Shown piece after piece: positions 50,943-62,826 of a stretch of 64,000 nucleotides of DNA. The position numbers were made by a program, and so were the translations under genes. Location of the stretch: contig CAVYBH010000001.1 of assembly GCA_963766715.1 (NCBI GenBank), forward strand, positions 224,001 to 288,000, given 5' to 3'. The stretch is from an uncultured delta proteobacterium (GTDB taxonomy: Bacteria; Myxococcota; Myxococcia; Myxococcales; Anaeromyxobacteraceae). A model generated the notes under the pieces. It did no database searches. It was given only the letters and a program-made list of their open reading frames with translations, and was not told the origin of the DNA. Numbering within the stretch: position 1 is the first letter of the stretch; every line of letters begins with the position of its first letter.

Positions 50943-52831
50943 ATGGCGTACGTCCAGGGGCGGGAGACGGGCCGCTTCGCGGCGTTGCTGGCGTTCGACG
51001 CCATGGCCACGACGGCGGCGCTCTTCCTCGCGGCGGCGCTCCGCTTCGACGGCAACACGCCTCCCGAATGGGCGCACGTCCTGTTCGACGCCCTGCCGGT
51101 CCTCATCGGGGCGCGGCTCGCGACCTTGTGGCTCGCCCGGATGCACCGCTGGTCGTTCTACCTGTCGGGACTCGAGGAAGGGCTTCGCCTGGGCGCGGCC
51201 ACCCTGGGCGGAACGCTGGTCTTCTCCGTAGTCTGGTACGCGGGCCTCCGGAGCTGGCTGCCGGTCTCCATCGTCATCCTCGAGCTCTTCATCACCTCGT
51301 TCTTCCTTGCCGCGGTCCGGTACGTCCCGCGGATCGCCACCACCACCATCCGCGAGCGCTTCGACGAGGGGTACCAGCGGACGCTCATCGTGGGAGCGGG
51401 CAGCGCTGGCGACCTGCTTCTCCGCGACCTGCGCCGCTCCCCGGAGCAAGAAGATCCGCGTGATCGGCTTCGTCGACGACAATCCGCGCAAGCACAGGAT
51501 GACGCTGGGAGGGAAGCCGATCCTGGGAAACATCGAGCAGCTGCCCGGAGCTCATCCAGGAGCTACCGCAGGTCTCCCTCGTCATGCTCGCCATCATGGA
51601 GCTGCCCGCCGAGCGGGTCCGGCACATCCTCGACACCTGCGCGGCCTCACAAGGCGAAGTTCAAGATCATCCCGGCCTCCTTCACGCAGATGCGACCAGC
51701 GGCTCCGGCCGCCATCCTCCAGGAGCTGCAGCCCCAGTACCCGCTCCCCGCGGCGCGGTCAGTCGAGGCCGGCGAGGCGCCTCGCCCTCGAGGGGCCGCC
51801 GCATCCGGTGACGCGCCGCCGGCTCCATCGGCCGCGAGATCGCCTGCAGCGCCTCAGCCGGCGCGGACCAGCTGGTGCTGGGTGGACATGAACGAGAACG
51901 GCTGAACCTCCTCGCGCGACCGTTACGCGGCATTTACCGGAGCCTCGCTCCGGACCGAGGTCCCCGACGTCCGCGAGCGGGAGCCGCATCCCGCGCCTTC
52001 GTGTCGCCGTACCGGCCCCAGATCGTCTTCCACGCCGCCGCCCACAAGCACGTGCCGCTCATGGAGACGCCCCGTCGAGGCGGTGAAGAACAACGTCTTC
52101 GGCACGAAAACGTGGCGCTGGCCGACGCACGCGTGGAGCGCTTCGTCCTGATCTCCACGGACAAGGCGGTCAGCCGACACGGTGATGGGCGCGTCCAAGC
52201 GGGTCGCCGAGATGCTCGTCCGCGACCTGGGCCGGGCAGCGCCGCAACGGCATCCTGCGCCGTGCGCTTCGGCAACGTGCTGGGCTCAGCCGGCACCGTC
52301 GTCCCGCTGTTCCGCAGCAGATCGGCAGGCGGCCCGTGACCGTCACGCACCCCGATATGCACCGGTACTTCATGACCATCCCCGAGGCGGTTGGCCTCGT
52401 CCTCTCACGGCCGCCGGCGACTAGGGCGAGCTGTGCGTGCTGGACATGGGCGAGCGGGTCCGCATCGGGACCTGGCCGACCAATGATCACCATGGCCGGC
52501 TACGTCCCGGGCGTGGACATCGAGATCGCCTTCACGGCCTGCGCGCCGGCGAGAAGCTCTTCGAGGAGCTCCTGACCGAGCACGAGGAGCGCACCCGCCA
52601 GGGTGCGCGAACCGCATCCTCTCGGCAGAGAGCCCACCCCCTCCGCCCGACCTGCGCGAGCGCCTGGCGGAGCTGCGTCGCCTCGCCGAAGCGGGGGACG
52701 TCGATGGTCTCCTTCGCGCCATGCGAGTGCTCGTCCCCTCCTTCGAGCCCCAGGGGCTCCACGGACGCGGCCAGGAGGCCGAGCGGCGCGAGGTCTCCGA
52801 GATCTTCCCGGTGCCGCCAGCCCGGGCCTAG
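50943..52831 (+). CDS. CapD/WbpM/PglF-type membrane-bound nucleotide-sugar dehydratase (heavily frameshifted)
   Basis: N-terminal TMs, [52 protein letters not shown]. Confidence 0.88.
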
Positions 52832-52889
52832 GCGCTCCCATCCCAGGCAGTCCTTTACTCCGGCCGGTGGACGGGATTACTTGTTGGCG

Positions 52890-53669
52890 ATGAAGGCCGT
52901 CATCCTCTGCGGTGGCCAGGGCACCCGCATCCGCGACGCCAGCGAGGCGATCCCCAAGCCGATGCTCCCGATCGGCGGCAAGCCGATCGTCTGGCACATC
53001 ATGAAGTCCTACGCGCGCACGGCGTGAAGGAGTTCGTGCTCTGCCTGGGCTACAAGAGCTGGCTCATCAAGGAGTTCTTCCTCCACTACCGCCCCATGAC
53101 GACCGACGTGACGGTCACGCTCGGCCGCCACGACCGGTCGAGTTCCACGGCCGGCACGGCGAGGAGGACTGGCGGGTGACACTCGCCGAGACCGGGGAGG
53201 ACACCATGACCGGCGGCCGGGTCGCGGCGGTCCGCCGGTACGTCGAGGGCGACGAGCCCTTCCTGCTCACCTACGGTGACGGCGTCTCCGACGTGGACAT
53301 CGCGCAACTCGTCGCTGTTCCACCGCGCCCACGGCAAGGTCGCCACGGTGACCGCGGTGCGCCCGCCGGGGCGCTTCGGCGAGATGCGCATCGACGGCGG
53401 GCGCGTCACGGAGTTCAACGAGAAGCCGCAGGCCAGCGAGGGATTCATCAACGGGGGCTTCTTCGTCCTCGACGGCCGACGGATCTGGGACTACATGGGC
53501 ACGAGCCCCGGACGGTGCTCGAGCGGGAGCCCATGCGGCGGCTCGCGGCGGACGGGCAGCTCGTCGCCTTCCGGCACACCGGCTTCTGGCAGCCCATGGA
53601 CACCTGCGCGAGTACACGCTCCTGAACGACCTGTGGGCGAGCGGGAAGGCGCCCTGGAAGACCTGGTGA
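52890..53669 (+). CDS. rfbF: glucose-1-phosphate cytidylyltransferase (frameshifted)
   Basis: [41 protein letters not shown]. Confidence 0.93.
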
Positions 53670-54769
53670 TGGCGGCGCCCACCCGCCAGGACCTCGCCCG
53701 CGCCTACGCGGGCAAGCGGGTGTTCCTGACCGGGCACACCGGGTTCAAGGGAGGCTGGCTCGCGCTCTGGCTCCGCGACCTGGGGGCCGAGGTCCACGGG
53801 TACGCGCTGGCGCCCGACCCCGACCCGGTCCTCTTCCGGGCCGCCGGCGTCGAGGAGGCGGTCCACCACCGGGTCGGCGACGTGCGGGACCCCGCCGCGC
53901 TCCGGGCCGCGCTCGAGGAGGCCCGCCCCGACTTCGTCTTCCACCTCGCCGCCCAGCCACTCGTCCGGGAGAGCTACGCCGCGCCGGTGGCGACCGTCGA
54001 GACGAACGTCCTCGGGACGGTGCACCTGCTCGAGGCCATCCGGCTGGCGCGGCGCCCCTGCGCGGTGGTGGTCGTGACGAGCGACAAGGCCTACGAGAAC
54101 CGGGAGCGGCACGAGGGGTACCGGCGAGGACGAGGCCATGGGCGGCCACGACCTCTACTCGGCGTCGAAGGGGGCCGCCGAGATCCTCACCTCGGCCTAC
54201 CGGCGCAGCTTCTTCCTCCCGCGCGCCTCGCCGACCACGGCGTGGCGCTCGCCACCGCCCGGGCCGGAAACGTGGTGGGCGGAGGCGACTGGGCGAAGGA
54301 TCGGATCGTCCCGGACGCGGTCGCGCGCTCGCGGCGGGCCGGCCGATCCCGGTCCGAAACCCGCGCCGTGCGCCCCTGGCAGCACGTGCTCGAGCCGCTC
54401 GGCGGCTACCTGCTGCTGGGCGCCCGCCTGGCCGGGCGGGCGGCGCCGCCTTCGCGGAGGGCTGGAACTTCGGCCCGCGCGACGAGGACGCCGTGCCGGT
54501 TCGCGACCTGGTCGAGAACCTCATCGCGGCCTGGGGCAGCGGAACCTGGGAGGACCGGAGCGATCCCGCGCGCCCCACGAGGCGACCTTCCTGCGGCTGC
54601 GCATCGAGAAGGCCCGGGACCGGCTCGGCTGGGCGCCGCGCTGGGGCGTCGGCGAGGCGATGCGGCGCACCGCCGAGTGGTACCGGGCCTTCCACGCCGG
54701 CGCGGGCCCGCCGAGATGCGGGCGCTCACGCTGGCCCAGATCCACGACTACGAGGGAGCCGCCGCGTGA
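53669..54769 (+). CDS. rfbG: CDP-glucose 4,6-dehydratase (frameshifted)
   Basis: [49 protein letters not shown]. Confidence 0.95.
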   Translation: MAAPTRQDLARAYAGKRVFLTGHTGFKGGWLALWLRDLGAEVHGYALAPDPDPVLFRAAGVEEAVHHRVGDVRDPAALRAALEEARPDFVFHLAAQPLVRESYAAPVATVETNVLGTVHLLEAIRLARRPCAVVVVTSDKAYENRERHEGYRRGRGHGRPRPLLGVEGGRRDPHLGLPAQLLPPARLADHGVALATARAGNVVGGGDWAKDRIVPDAVARSRRAGRSRSETRAVRPWQHVLEPLGGYLLLGARLAGRAAPPSRRAGTSARATRTPCRFATWSRTSSRPGAAEPGRTGAIPRAPRGDLPAAAHREGPGPARLGAALGRRRGDAAHRRVVPGLPRRRGPAEMRALTLAQIHDYEGAAA

Positions 54770-56150
54770 CCGACCGGAAGGCAGAGGAGCGCCGGCTCAC
54801 CGGCGAGATCGTCGAGCGGATGAGGGAGCTGGCGCGCCTGCGGGCCGAGGAGGAGCAGGAGCCCTTCGTCCCCGGCAAGACCCCCGTTCGCTACGCCGGG
54901 CGGGTCTACGGCGAGGAGGAGATGGCGAACCTGGCCGAGGCGTCGGCCGAGTTCTGGCTCACCGCCGGGCGCTGGCACCGGCGGCTGGAGACGGACCTCG
55001 CCGATGGTACGGCGTGAAGCACGCACGACTCGTGAACTCCGGGCTCGTCCGCGAACCTGCTCGCGGTGGCGGCGCTCACGAGCCACCTGCTCGGCGACCG
55101 GCGGCTGCGGCCGGGCGACGAGGTGATCACCGTCGCGGCGGGGTTCCCGACCACGGTGGCGCCGATCATCCAGCACGGGCTGGTCCCGGTGTTCGTCGAC
55201 GTGACGTCCCCACCTGCAACGCCGACGTCTCGCGGCTGGAGGCGGCCCGCTCCCCGCGCACGCGCGCGGTGATGATGGCGCACACGCTGGGGAACCCGTT
55301 CGACCTCGGCGCGGTGAAGGCCTTCTGCGATCGGCACGACCTGTGGCTCGTCGAGGACAACTGCGACGCCGCGGGCTCGACTACCAGGGGAAGAAGACCG
55401 GGACCTTCGGCCACCTGGCCACGCTCTCCTTCTACCCGCCGCACCACATGACGACCGGGGAGGGCGGGGCGGTGCTCACGAGCGACGGCCAGCTCCTGCG
55501 CGCGCGTGGAGAGCCTCCGCGACTGGGGGCGCGACTGCTGGTGCCAGTCGGGCGTGGACAACACCTGCGGCAAGCGCTTCGAGTGGCAGCTGGGCGAGCT
55601 CCCGAGCGGCTACGACCACAAGTACGTGTACAGCCACCTCGGCTACAACCTGAAGATGACCGACCTGCAGGCGGCGGTCGGCGTGGCCCAGCTGGCGCGG
55701 CTCGACGGATTCGGGGCCGCGCGGCGGAGGAACTGGGCCTTCTACCGCGAGGCGCTCGACGACCTGCAGGACGTGCTCGTGCTCCCCGAGGCGACGCCCG
55801 GCTCCGACCCGAGCTGGTTCGGCTTCCTGGTGACGGTGCGCCCGGGAGCCCCTTCACCCGCGACGACCTGGTTCGCAAGCTGGAGGCAGCGGAAGATCCA
55901 GACCCGGATGCTCTTCGCCGGCAACCTCGTCCGGCAGCCCGCGATGACGGTGCTCGCCGCGCAGGCAGCGCGGGCCGGCGACCGCGCCGTACCGCGGCGT
56001 CTGGCAGAGCTCGAGAACACCGACGTCGTCATGAACCGGTCGCTGTGGGTGGGGGTCTATCCGGGGCTCACCGAGGCGATGCGCGACTGGGTCGCCCGAT
56101 CGTTCCGGGAAATATGCAGGACTGGAAAGAGGGGAGCGGCCGCAAGATGA
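54766..56150 (+). CDS. rfbH: CDP-4-keto-6-deoxyglucose 3-dehydratase E1 (frameshifted)
   Basis: [37 protein letters not shown] (His replaces the PLP Lys), [13 protein letters not shown] Fe-S motif, YDHKY. Confidence 0.95.
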
Positions 56151-56822
56151 GGGGACGAACTGCACTTGTCACAGGGGGCGCACGCGGAATTGGGCAGGCA
56201 ATCGTCGAGCTGCTTCGAAGGGAGGAGGGGGGGTTCGTCCTGGCCCCGACCCGGCAGGAAATGGACCTGACCTCGGTCGGAGTCGATCGAGCGGTGCTGC
56301 GGGACCTGCAACTGCCCGTCGACATCCTGGTGAACAACGCGGGGATCAACCCCCTGGGGTCGGCGGGCAGACTTCACCGATTTCACGACCTTGCCGCCAC
56401 CATCCAGGTCAACCTGGTCGCCCCCATGCTGCTCGCGCGGGCGCTGGCCCCCGCCATGGCGCAGCGCGGCTTCGGGAGTACGTCAACGTCAGCTCCATCT
56501 GGAGTGCCGTGTCGCAATCCAGGCGTTTCGTGTACTCGACCACCAAGGCGGGGTTGAACGGCATGACACGGGCGCTCGCGGTCGAGGTCTACGGAATCGG
56601 CGTGTTCGTGAACTCCGTCGCACCGGGATACGTGAACACCGAGATGACGAAGAAGAACAATGCGCCCGACGAGTTGCGGCGCATCGCCGGGACCATCCCA
56701 GCCGGCCGCCTCGCCGAGCCCCCGGAGATCGCGGCGGTCGTGGGCTTTCTCTGCTCGGCGCGGAACAGCTGCTCGTGACCGGGCAGACCCTCTTCGTCGA
56801 CGGCGGCTTCACCATCGTATGA
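56147..56822 (+). CDS. short-chain dehydrogenase/reductase (frameshifted)
   Basis: [32 protein letters not shown]. Confidence 0.85.
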
Positions 56823-57988
56823 GGCTCGACAGGCTCCCGCAGAGGATTGCCGGAAGGATTCGCCGGGAGGTCTCGTCCACGGCCCAGATTTGGCGCAAGA
56901 GCCGCGAGCTCGCGGGCGACCCGGACTACGATCTGGGCCGGGTGGACGAGGGATTCGCCGACCGCAGGGAGCCGCCCGCGGACGACTCGGAGATCCTGAC
57001 CCGCATCTGCGTGGCCTACGGCAAGGCCAAGGCGATCCAGAAGGACGCCTCGCCCGTCTACCGGCCGAGCAACGAGTGGCTGCCCGTCTACGAGGCGCCG
57101 CTCAAGCCCGTCATGGCGGCGCTGTCCAGCCACGACCTCCCCTCGCTCCGGAGGATGTACGGCAACTTCTGGAGGGACCCCTGCAGCACGGGGCTCCTGG
57201 GCTGGCCGCTCGACATGCAGACGGCCTTCTTCGGGAGGCGCATCAGCCGGCGCCACCGGATGCTGATGCTGAACGACGTGATTCACCGGCACCGGCTGTG
57301 GCGGAGCCTGCTCGGCAACACGCACGGCGTGAAGGACCTGGAAGCGCCCGCCATCGGCAATCCCTTCGGGTTCTTCGTCGACGGCACGTTCCTGAACTGC
57401 GGATGCGACTACCAGCACTACTACGCCACGCTCATCGGCCGGCTGCTCCGGACGGAGTCGACTCCCTGCGTGGTGGAGCTGGGCGGCGGGTTCGGGGGAA
57501 TGGCGTACTACCTGATCCGCGACAACCCGGGCGCCGCCTACGTCGACCTGGACCTCCCGGAGAACGCCGCGCTCACCGCCTACCACCTCCTGAAGGCATT
57601 TCCCGGGAGGCGGATCCGCCTGTTCGGCGAGGCCGGATCGATTGAGGCGTCCATCCGGGACCGGGAGATCCAGATCCTGCCCAGCTTCGAGGCCGGGAAC
57701 CTCCCGGACCAGTGCGCCGGCGTCGCCTTCAACTCCTACAGCCTGGCGGAGATGTCCCGGGAGACCATCACGTCCTTCATCCAGGACATCAGCCGGGTGG
57801 TTCACCCGAAGGGATATTTCCTCCACGTGAACCACAACAAGAACAGCCTGGTCACCGCCGACGAGTTCGGCGTGGATCCCGCGCGCTTCGACCTGCTCTA
57901 CAAGGTCCCGGCCATGTGGAACCTGGGGATCAATCCCCGGATGGACGAGTTCGAGTACCTGTACAAGAAGAGGGCCTCGGCGGCCTGA
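56819..57988 (+). CDS. putative sugar O-methyltransferase
   Basis: IGNPFG, VELGGGFGG, DLPEN, NSYSLAEM: pattern of polysaccharide-locus O-methyltransferases; intact ORF. Confidence 0.75.
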   Translation: MRLDRLPQRIAGRIRREVSSTAQIWRKSRELAGDPDYDLGRVDEGFADRREPPADDSEILTRICVAYGKAKAIQKDASPVYRPSNEWLPVYEAPLKPVMAALSSHDLPSLRRMYGNFWRDPCSTGLLGWPLDMQTAFFGRRISRRHRMLMLNDVIHRHRLWRSLLGNTHGVKDLEAPAIGNPFGFFVDGTFLNCGCDYQHYYATLIGRLLRTESTPCVVELGGGFGGMAYYLIRDNPGAAYVDLDLPENAALTAYHLLKAFPGRRIRLFGEAGSIEASIRDREIQILPSFEAGNLPDQCAGVAFNSYSLAEMSRETITSFIQDISRVVHPKGYFLHVNHNKNSLVTADEFGVDPARFDLLYKVPAMWNLGINPRMDEFEYLYKKRASAA

Positions 57989-58012
57989 GGGCCGGGCCCG
58001 CCGCGGGGCGGC

Positions 58013-59102
58013 CTACAGCCCGCGCAGCTCGATCCGCGCGGAGCTCCTCGTCGTAGGCGTACGGGCTGTCGACACGTCGATCATGATCGGCTTGTCCGCC
58101 TCCACCGGCTCAGCAGCACCTCGCCGCGCATCAGCTCGCGGCAGGAGATCTGCCCCTTCTGCAGCGGGATGGCGAGATAGACGTCCCTCGTGCCTCGCGT
58201 GAGCACGTGGCCGGCCGGCAGGTCGCGCTCGCGCGTAGACGCCGCGGACAGGGCGTCGAGGTACGTCGATCTCCTTGTCGCATCGGCCGCTTCTGCTCGA
58301 TGCCGGGCGCGCCGCACATCTCCTGCGCCTTCTTGAAGGCCTTGAACCAGTTGTCGATCTGCTGGGGCAGCGAGCAGTACGGGGAGACGCCACGCCGTCG
58401 GCGTCGATGTCGATGTGGCGCTCGAAGGTGCGCGCGCCCTTGGCGTAGGCGATCAGCGATCGACGCGGTCCAGTCGTGGTACTCGTGCGTCGAGAAGCCG
58501 ATGACGTGGTCCGGGTAGCGGTTCGCGCAGGAAGTCGATCTGGTTGAGCTCGAGCTCGTGGTCCTCGGTCGGGTAGAGCGAGACGCAGTGGTTGATGGCC
58601 AGCGGGATGTTGCGGTTCTCGAAGAAGGTGACGAGGTCGTCCATGTCCTTCAGCGACGAGCCGCCGGTGGACACGATGACCGGCTTGCCGTGGTCCGCGA
58701 TCTTCTCGATCAGGATCCAGTCGTTGATGTCGGAGCTGGCGATCTTGATGATCGGCAGGCCGAGCTCCACGCACAGGTCGACGGACTCCTCGTCGAACGG
58801 CGTGGCCATCGGGATGCAGCCGCTCTCGCGGATCGCCTCCACCAGCGTGGCGTAGTCGTCGTTCGGCAGCTGGGTGTCGAGACGTCTCTTGATGTAGCGG
58901 ATGTCGGTGCGGTCGCCGGAAGTCCTTGTGGATGAAGCTCTCGACGTCGCGGAACTGGAGCTTGATCGCGGCCCGGACGTTGTTGAAGCGGACGATGCGC
59001 GAGAACTCTAGATGATCTTCAGGCCGCGCTCGAGCTTGCCCGGTGGTTGTTGGCCATCTCCAGGACGAAGAGGTCCTCGAAGATGTCGCGGTTCATGATC
59101 AT
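58013..59102 (-). CDS. NeuB-like PEP-dependent synthase with C-terminal SAF domain (frameshifted)
   Basis: LFVLEMANNH, IKLQFRD, TPFDE.SVD, IKIASSD, STGG, HCVSLYP, G.STHE, FERHID, RGVYA. Confidence 0.88.
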
Positions 59103-60301
59103 GCGGTTCCTTTCTCAAGTGCTGGCGCGCCGTTGGAGCGCTCCGCCATGGACTGCACGATCTCGCGCAGCTCCCCGGCGAACCGCTCGTTGTTCTCCAC
59201 GCCGAGGAAGGCGAGCCGCCCCACCTCGGTCATCACCACCAGGTTCAACGTCGAGCCGGTGTTCTTCTTGTCCCGGGACAGGGCCTCGCGCAGCTGCCCC
59301 AGGTCGAGCGCGCCCAGCGCCGCCCGGCAGCGGTCGTCGACGATCAGGTCGATCACGCCAGCACCCGGCGTGTGGGGACGGCCGGCCTCGATCATGCCGC
59401 GGTTGGCCGCCACCCGGTTGACGATGGCCATGCCCAGCCCGATGGCCTGCCCGTGCGGGATGGCGAACCCCGAGAGGTTCTCGATGGCGTGGCCGATGGT
59501 GTGGCCGTAGTTGAGGGCCCGCCGCTGGTCCAGCTCGAACTCGTCCCGCTCGATCACCGCGCGCTTCACCACCAGCGAGTCCCAGGTGAGGGCGCGCAGC
59601 GCCTGCAACGACGGCAGCCCGCCGCCGGCGGCGTCGAACGCGGCGGCGAAGCGGTCGGCGAAGAGGGCCCGCCGGTGAGGTGGAGCTTGAGGATTCCGCC
59701 CAGGCCGGAGCGCAAGATCCAGCGGGGCGCCAGCGTGGCCAGGAAGCCGGGGTCGATCACCACCTGGCGCGGCGCCGCGAAGAGCGCCAGCTGGTTCTTG
59801 TACTTGCCGTGGTTCACGCCGGCCTTGGCGCCGATGCAGCTGTCGCACTGCGACAGCAGCGTGGTGGAAGAAGGTCGAGGGGAGGCCCCGCTTGAAGAGG
59901 TGGGCCGCGAAGCCGCCCACGTCCTGGACGATGCCCCCACCCACCACCACCAGGGTATTGGTCTGCGTCAGCCCCGCCTCGGCCAGCCAGTCGAGCACCG
60001 GGATGACGCCGCCGGCGGGCGACTTGACCGCCTCGCTGGCGGTGAGCTCGAGCACGCGGCCCCCCGGGTCCACGGCCACGCCGGCCAGGTGGAGGGCCCG
60101 GACCTTGCCGTCCACCAGCAGGCGCGCCCGCGGGTGCTTGGCCAGCAAGGTTCCGCCAGCCACTCGGCGGCGGCCGCGCCGGGGGCCTGCCGCACGGTGT
60201 AGGTCCTGGGGACCGACCGGATTTCCAGCTCCCGGGGCGGCCAGATTGGCCGCGTCGACGCGGTAGGTCTCGTCCTGGATCCTGAAGGCGAGCTGGTTCA
60301 T
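59099..60301 (-). CDS. 3-dehydroquinate synthase / sugar-phosphate cyclase superfamily protein (AroB-related; frameshifted)
   Basis: VVGGGIVQD, TTLLSQCDSCIGAKAGVN, KNQL, RALNYGHTIGHAIE, HGQAI, DKKN. Confidence 0.85.
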   Translation of the reverse strand: MNQLAFRIQDETYRVDAANLAAPGAGNPVGPQDLHRAAGPRRGRRRVAGGTLLAKHPRARLLVDGKVRALHLAGVAVDPGGRVLELTASEAVKSPAGGVIPVLDWLAEAGLTQTNTLVVVGGGIVQDVGGFAAHLFKRGLPSTFFHHAAVAVRQLHRRQGRREPRQVQEPAGALRGAAPGGDRPRLPGHAGAPLDLALRPGRNPQAPPHRRALFADRFAAAFDAAGGGLPSLQALRALTWDSLVVKRAVIERDEFELDQRRALNYGHTIGHAIENLSGFAIPHGQAIGLGMAIVNRVAANRGMIEAGRPHTPGAGVIDLIVDDRCRAALGALDLGQLREALSRDKKNTGSTLNLVVMTEVGRLAFLGVENNERFAGELREIVQSMAERSNGAPALEKGTA

Positions 60302-60970
60302 CCGGCCTGGAATCCCCCGGCGGTGTAGCCGCCGTCGGCCACCACGTTCTGCCCCGTCAGGTAGCGGTTGGCCTCGCTGCAGAGGAACCAGGCCAGCTCG
60401 GCGATGTCGGCGGGCTGCCCGAGCCGGCGCAGCGGGACCGCCGCCTCCAGGGACCGGATGGTGGCCTCGTCGTTGTTGCGCCGGGTCATGGCGGTGTCGA
60501 TGAAGCCGGGCGAGAGGGCGTTGACCAGCACGCCGTCCCGCCCCAGCTCCAGGGCCAGCGAGCGGACCGCGCCGATGAGGGCGTGCTTGGAGGTGGCGTA
60601 GGCCAGCCGCTTCTCGCGGGCGATGACGCCGTAGATTGAGGAGATGGCCAGCACCCGGCCGCTGCCGCGGGCGCGGAAGCCGGGCGCCAGCAGCTGGCAT
60701 AGCCGCACGAAGGACACGGTGTTGACGCGCAGGGAGCGCTCCAGCTCCTCGAGGGGGATCTGCTCGAAGGGCTTGGGCGTGTTGAACCCGGCGCAGTGGA
60801 CGAAGGCGTCGAAGGGGGTCTGGGCGGCCACGAAGGGGGCCAGCCCGGGCGTCGGCCGAGAGATTCAGCTCCCGGCTGCGCGGCGCCACCACCTCGAACC
60901 CGGCCCGGGCGAAGCGGTCGCCGATGGCGGCGCCGATCTCGCCGTGGCCGCCTGTGAGCAGGAGCCGCAC
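60298..60970 (-). CDS. short-chain dehydrogenase/reductase (one frameshift)
   Basis: LTGGHGEIG, ISSIYG, YATSK, LSPGFIDT, LTGQNVVADGG. Confidence 0.88.
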
Positions 60971-60973
60971 CGG

Positions 60974-62768
60974 TCAGCCGTCCCGGCGGGACGAGCAGGT
61001 TCTCGGCTAGTTCGTCCCGGTCGAGGAAGGGCGCGAGGTCCTCGAGCGGCGAGGAGACCATCGCCCGTCTCGAGCCGGCGGAGGCGAGCTTCGGCGCGAA
61101 CGGCTGGCGAGGTCGAGCATCACCTCGCAGAGCACCGGCGCCCGGCGGCGCGAGGACGTCGCCCAGGTCCCCGGCAGGTCCGCGTGGGCCGCGACTGCGG
61201 TAGGGGAGGCCGTAGGCCGCGGCCAGCCTGCCGAAGTCGGGGAAGCTGAGCCCGGTCTCGAGGCTGCAGCACCACGTTGCCGGGAAGAAGGCCTCCTGGG
61301 TCTGGCGGATCGAGTGGTAGCCGGCGTTGTCCAGGACGAAGAGCTTGAGCGGCAGCCGGTGGTGCGGACCGTCTGCAGCTCCTGCAGGTTCATCTGGAGG
61401 CTGCCGTCGCCGGCGAGGCAGACGACCGCTTGCCGCCGGTCGCGAAGCGGCGCCGATGGCGGCCGGGAGGTCGTACCCCATCGCGGCGCAGCCGGAGTTG
61501 GTGAAGAGGCGCTGGCCCGTCCTAGATGGGCCGCCTGGAAGGTGCGACGCAGGCGGTGCCGTCGCCCGCCACCACGTGGCGTCCCTCCGGGAGGCGCTCG
61601 CAGAGCGCCTGGACGAAGCAGTACGGGTTCACGTCGCCGCTCTCCAGTACTCCGGCAGCACGACCGGGTAGCGCTCGCGCCGCGCGCGGCACCAGTCGCG
61701 CCAGCCCGGTCCGCCGGGTGCGGCGCGCCGGCGGCGGGATCCGCGAGCAGCGGCGTCGAGGAAGCGCCGAGCGTCGGCGTGCACGGGCAGGTCGAGCGTG
61801 ACCGTGGGCTTCTCCAGCTCGGCGGCGTCGATGTCGACCACGGTCTTGAAGGCGGCGCGGGCGAAGGCCTGCCAGAAGTAGCTGACCTGCCGGATGTTGA
61901 GCCGGCTGCCGAGCACGAGCAGGAAGTCGGCGTTCTGCACGGCGAAGTTCCCGGCGCGGTCGCCGATGGTCCCGGGGCGGCCGACGTAGAGCGGGTGGTC
62001 GCCGCGAGCAGGTCGTGGGCGTTGCAGGCGGTCACCACCGGGATCCCCAGCCCCTCGGCGAAGCGCCGGAGCGCTCGCGGCGCGCCGCGCGAGTGCGGAT
62101 GCCCGGGCCGGCGAGGACGACCGGCCGCTCGGCGCGCGCGAGCCGCCGAGCAGCCTCGCGCAGCGCCGGCGAGCGCGCGCCCGTCGAGCGAGCGGCGCGC
62201 TCCGCCGCCGGCGGATCGTAGCCGGCGAGCGCCGCCTCGTCGACCTGCGCCCCCTGCACGTTCATCGGGACGTCGATCCAGACCGGGCCCGGGCGGCCCG
62301 ACCGTCGCGAGGTGGAGCGCCTTCTCGAGGTGGTAGCGGATCGGCGCGGGTCGGTGACCATCACGGCGTACTTGGTGATCGGCGCGACCAGCGGACGATG
62401 TCGATCTCCTGGTCGCCGAGCTGGCGCAGCGGCGACCGGGCGTGCGCCGAGCAGGTCTCCTGCTTCACCTGCCCGGAGACGAAGAAGCAGGGCCGGAGTC
62501 GACGTAGGCCCCGAAGACGCCGGTGATGGCGTTGGTCCCGCCGGGGCCGGTGGTCACGTTGACCGCCGCGAGGCGGCCGGTGACGCGGGAGTAGCTCTCC
62601 GCGGCCATGGCGCAGGCCTGCTCGTGGTGGCAGGAGACGTACTCGAGCCCCTTGCGCGGCCGAAGGCGTCGTTGAGGTGCATCGCGCCGCCGCCGGTCAC
62701 CAGGAAGACGTGGCGGAACCCCGGGCGGCGAGGGTCTGGGCGATGTAGTCGGCGACGCGGATCGACAT
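60974..62768 (-). CDS. thiamine-diphosphate-dependent carboligase (acetolactate-synthase-like, YerE type; heavily frameshifted)
   Basis: VADYIA, VTGGGAMHLND, HHEQACAMAAE, TTGPGGTNA, GRPGPVWIDVP, MGYDLPAAIGA, GDGSLQMNLQEL...NAGY ThDP motif. Confidence 0.9.
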
Positions 62769-62826
62769 TCGGACTCCACCGGAAATTCGGACTCAGGGAG
62801 GCGAAATAGTATCGTAGGGCCCCGGC

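Noticed and set aside
58013..59102. NeuB-like gene as evidence of sialic, legionaminic or pseudaminic acid synthesis
   Set aside because: No neuA, hydrolysing neuC or leg/pse partners are visible; it is coupled to AroB-like and ThDP genes instead. Partners outside the window cannot be excluded.
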